A DNA stretch of 64,000 bases, taken from the NCBI RefSeq assembly GCF_009914755.1, contig NC_060942.1, one strand, 5' to 3'. Under the pieces are notes generated by a model that saw nothing but the letters and a program-made list of their open reading frames with translations, searched no databases and had not been told where the DNA came from. Of this stretch, positions 58,095-64,000 are shown in pieces (the first letter of the stretch is position 1; each line of letters opens with the position of its first letter). The translations under genes and the position numbers were made by a program. This DNA is from the human T2T-CHM13v2.0 reference genome, Homo sapiens.

Positions 58095-58215
58095 TGTGGT
58101 GAGCTCACCTAGTTAGCAGCCCGGCTAATGGGGCCAAGGTCACGGCTTTGTATCTAACGCTGGCCAGAAACCCTGGCTCAGTTCCTTGGCCACAGAACAC
58201 AACCCCTCTGGGTGA
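58095..58215 (+). mobile_element. tRNA-derived SINE (MamSINE1-like)
   Basis: TGGTGAGCTCA...GTTAG...CTAATGGGGCCAAGGTCACGG resembles a tRNA-Ile head, followed by GCTCAGTTCCTTGGCCACAGA. Confidence 0.6.
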
Positions 58216-58446
58216 GCCGAATAAATGTTTCTTAAATGTGAAGATATCATGCACATTGCTGCATCAAAAAGTTATCTCTTCTATTCCATTGCCTCAAAAT
58301 ATTTGAGGAGAGTCTTTGATGGAAAATATTGATTTTGCCTAAGAGGTGTTTTATGGGGTGCCAGTTAAAAGTTAAAAACTGCTGTGGGAAATTGCTTGTC
58401 TGGTTAAAGGATAATATTTAGGTATTCTTGGCAAAACCAATTTTCA

Positions 58447-59052
58447 GGGCTGGCGAGGTGGCTCATGCCTGTAATCCTAACACTTTGGAAGGCTGAGGCT
58501 GGAGGACTGCTTGACCTCAAGAGTTCAAGACCAACCTGAGCAGCATGGTGAAACCCTGTCTCTACAAAAAATAAAATAGATTTTAAAATTAGCCCAGCGT
58601 GGTGCCATGGGCCTCTAGTCCCAGATACTGGAAAGCCTGAGGTAGGAGGATCACTTGAGCCCAGAATGGTGGAGGCTGCAGTGAGCCATGATCAGGCCAC
58701 TGCGCTTCAGCCTAGGCAACAGAGCGAGACTCTGTCTCAAATAAATAGATAAATAAATAAATAAAAAACAAAAACAAAAAAACTGTAGCTGATATCCATG
58801 ATACCACATTTAACTTTGTGGTGATAGAATTCCTCATCTCTTAAAGGAGCTCAAAAAATGACCTCAGAAATCAGAACAAGAGATGACTCAATGGGAGCCC
58901 TCCTGTCAACCCTGCGTTTCTACAGTCCTTAAGGCTGGCTGGCATTTCCCTTGAGCCTGAAAGGTTGTGGCTGCAGTGAGCTGTGACTGTGCCAATGTAC
59001 TCCACCCTGGGCAACACAGCAAGATCGTGTCTCAAAAAAAAATACAAAATAA
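58447..59052 (+). mobile_element. Composite AluJ: full Alu + copied unique flank (58783-58950) + 3' part of a second Alu right arm and tail
   Basis: Whole unit bounded by TSD AAAACCA(A/G)TT(T/C)TCA (58433-58446 / 59053-59066). Confidence 0.92.
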
Positions 59053-59219
59053 AAAACCAGTTCTCAAACAAATGAGCTTCAAAGATAATGTAAGAATTCA
59101 GAATTAGAAGTGAATGTATTAAGTAATTAGAATGATTTCTTGATTAGAAAAAAAAACCCACCAAATAGTTAAAAGTTCTTATGCAAAATGAGAAAAATAT
59201 CATGTCATGAATACTTCTT

Positions 59220-59537
<318 letters not shown>

Positions 59538-61111
59538 TAGTTATTCTTCTTTATATTTTAACTCTGACCTGGAAGGGGCCAGGGTAAGAGCTGTTTGTCA
59601 GCGCTACCTAAGATGCTTTCTCAAATCCAGTTCTCTGAGTTCTCTGAGGAAGGGGCAACTGTTTAACATTTCACTAGTGCTTTTGAGGATTTCAGACATT
59701 TCCTTGATTCAGGTAGTAAAGAAAGTTTTTAAATAAGTAGAAGAGCCGAGAGTATTATCATACTGCTTATTTGATGGGTGATACTTTGCTCTTATATTGA
59801 ATCTAAACTAAAATATTATGGGCTTCCAAACATATGTAACAAAGAACAGTTCCCGAGGGAGACTTGCAATTTGAGGTGTTCCAAATTGAATCCCTCAAGG
59901 GAAGCTATGAAATGAAGCCAGCTTTCTCTTCTCTTGATGCTGCCATTAAACAATGAACAGACATAATTCCTGGGTACATAAGAAGATTCAGAAAGGAGGA
60001 AACCAGTTAAACAAAATCTAGTACTAACAAAGAAATAGTTGTTTACAAGAAGAAAGAGACTTTTACAATCTGTCTACATAATTAAAACTTATCTCAGAAG
60101 AGAAAAGGCTAGAAGAAAACTCATAAATCCAAGCAGAGCCACGAACCTGTGGGAACGGTGGGAGTAAGAGCCAAAAGGAGTACTCCTCGGGGGTTTGCAG
60201 AGGAAAATTATTACCTACGATGCTGGAAAAAGATTAAGAATTTGCCCTTCCTTTCTTCAGGAGATGTTACTATCCTCTGACATATCCTCCTGGGTGAGAA
60301 AGCAGTAGAAAACCCATAATTGTTATTATGGCAGATGTGAGTAGGATTGAGTGATTAAAGCCACAAGGCAGAAAGGCAATCTGGTGTAAAATGGAGAGAT
60401 ATGTTTGATTTTCTCCCATCTCAGTCCATTAACCCAACGTTGGCGTTAGGAAATGGCTCTCATTAAACAAAGGTGAGGTGGTAGGAGCAGCAGGATTGCT
60501 TTAAGCAAACCTGAAGGTCAGCTGTGATGGGAAAACACACCTATTTGGAGATCATATATCTATCTCCAAGCCTGCGGAAAAAGTGCAGACTACTGGAGAT
60601 TTAAATTACTTGGAATAATGCTGCTTTATGTACGAGCATTATACATTTCTACAGCCAAAGGCTTCCTGTATTTTGTACAACTCCTTCTTCTCCCTTCCCA
60701 TAAACAGAATATCTTGAGCCTAAAAGGTACTTAAAAACTTGTTGCATTGAACTGAATTTGGAGCTCCAATAACAAAATACAGGTAATTGATACTTTTTAT
60801 AGTTGTATTTGTAAATCCTTAGTCCTAACCTCCAAATGAAGAAACATGGAGAAATACTAAAAGATAGGGTCGATGTTTCTTTGTTAAAAATATTTTCATT
60901 TGCATATCTTTTTATTTATCTCTAACAATTATGAAAAGAAATATAATTATTTCATTCTGTCATCTCTTTTCCAAAAGTTTAAAAATTATTTTTTTAAATA
61001 ATTGTGGCTACAAACGGAAGTATTTTGGGACTTAAGTATAGCAATAAATTACTTGCTGAAGACAATTCACATAAATTAAATTATGAGTTTCCCAGTTTAG
61101 CAGACATTTAT

Positions 61112-61414
<303 letters not shown>

Positions 61415-61910
61415 CAGACATTTATGATTTTAAGGAAGGAGTGGTGGGGTTTTGGGGAATGTCGGTTTGGACCAAATGATGCAGGCAGTTTAGCAGAAAA
61501 GAAACCAGGAGTCGGGGGCTTGCTGTTCCCAGATGAGTGTTGGTAGCCCACTCTTTCTCCCCTCCGGTAGCAGCTACACCATCCTCTATCTCCTTCCCAC
61601 TCTCTGAGTAAACCGAGACCAGCAGGGATGAACTCCCTCCGTTTACTACTAACCCTTACATGTTTACCTTCATTGGTCCACACCCACACATCTTTGCCTC
61701 TGTCTCTGAAAAACAGGAGTCCTCACTTTTGCCTCTATCTTTTCCAGGTTCTGGTGAAACGCAACTCCATCAACACCTCCCCAGTCCGATCTTATCCTCT
61801 ACGTCTTTTCTCAGTGACACCTTCCTCTGTAAACCCCTACAGTGATCACCTAATATGTGTGTGTTTATCTGGACACTATTCTGTTCTATTGATTCAATAC
61901 TATACTATTT

Positions 61911-63622
<1,712 letters not shown>

Positions 63623-64000
63623 AAGTTGTCTGTACAAACTATTTTCAGCTTTTTTTTTTTTTTCTTTTTACATTGTATTTTTCTGAAACTCTTACTAAAT
63701 GTTGAGGCCTTTCAATATACCTCACAAGGTTTTCAACTGCTCTGCCATTTATTTTAAAACATTCCTTTTTTCTTAAGCTGTAATCTGGGTAAATTCTTCT
63801 GAGCCATTTTGCAACTTAGCAATTTCTCTGTCTTTATCTATATCTTAGTGTTTATTTTGCCTGTTGTGTTTTCCTAATGCCGTATTTTTCATTTCTAATA
63901 TTCTGTTCCTACTTATTTCATATTCACTTGTTCAAGTTTCATTTTTCTTTGCTTTTCAAGTTATATATCCTTTAATTGAAAATCATCCTTTATCTCTTTG

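Noticed and set aside
58095-58170. tRNA-Ile gene
   Set aside because: Degenerate stems and B-box; continues into a SINE body

Overview
Human (primate) genomic DNA, AT-rich and repeat-dense, almost entirely intronic. The only supportable protein-coding sequence is the first coding exon of CHST9 (GalNAc-4-O-sulfotransferase 2) on the minus strand: exon 56739-56955, ATG at 56859, 96-nt 5'UTR part plus 121 coding nt encoding the cytoplasmic tail and type II transmembrane anchor. The rest is CHST9 intron filled with L1, Alu, L2, MIR, MaLR/ERV LTRs and DNA transposon fossils; the other listed ORFs are repeat-derived or chance. Highlights: (1) an AluJ plus ~170 bp of its unique flank (34870-35359) copied in inverted orientation into a TSD-bounded composite Alu at 58447-59052, so that two complementary copies bracket the CHST9 start exon; (2) two uORFs, one overlapping the CHST9 start and ending 1 nt before a strong-context Met6; (3) an L1PA insertion with a 102-bp target-site duplication; (4) an ORF1-deleted L1PA retaining an open ORF0 and a splice donor; (5) a twin-primed, tail-less L1 replacing part of a host L1; (6) candidate enhancers, an Alu-gained G-quadruplex and interlocking palindromes. 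Subfamily calls and boundaries of old repeats were made by eye and are approximate.
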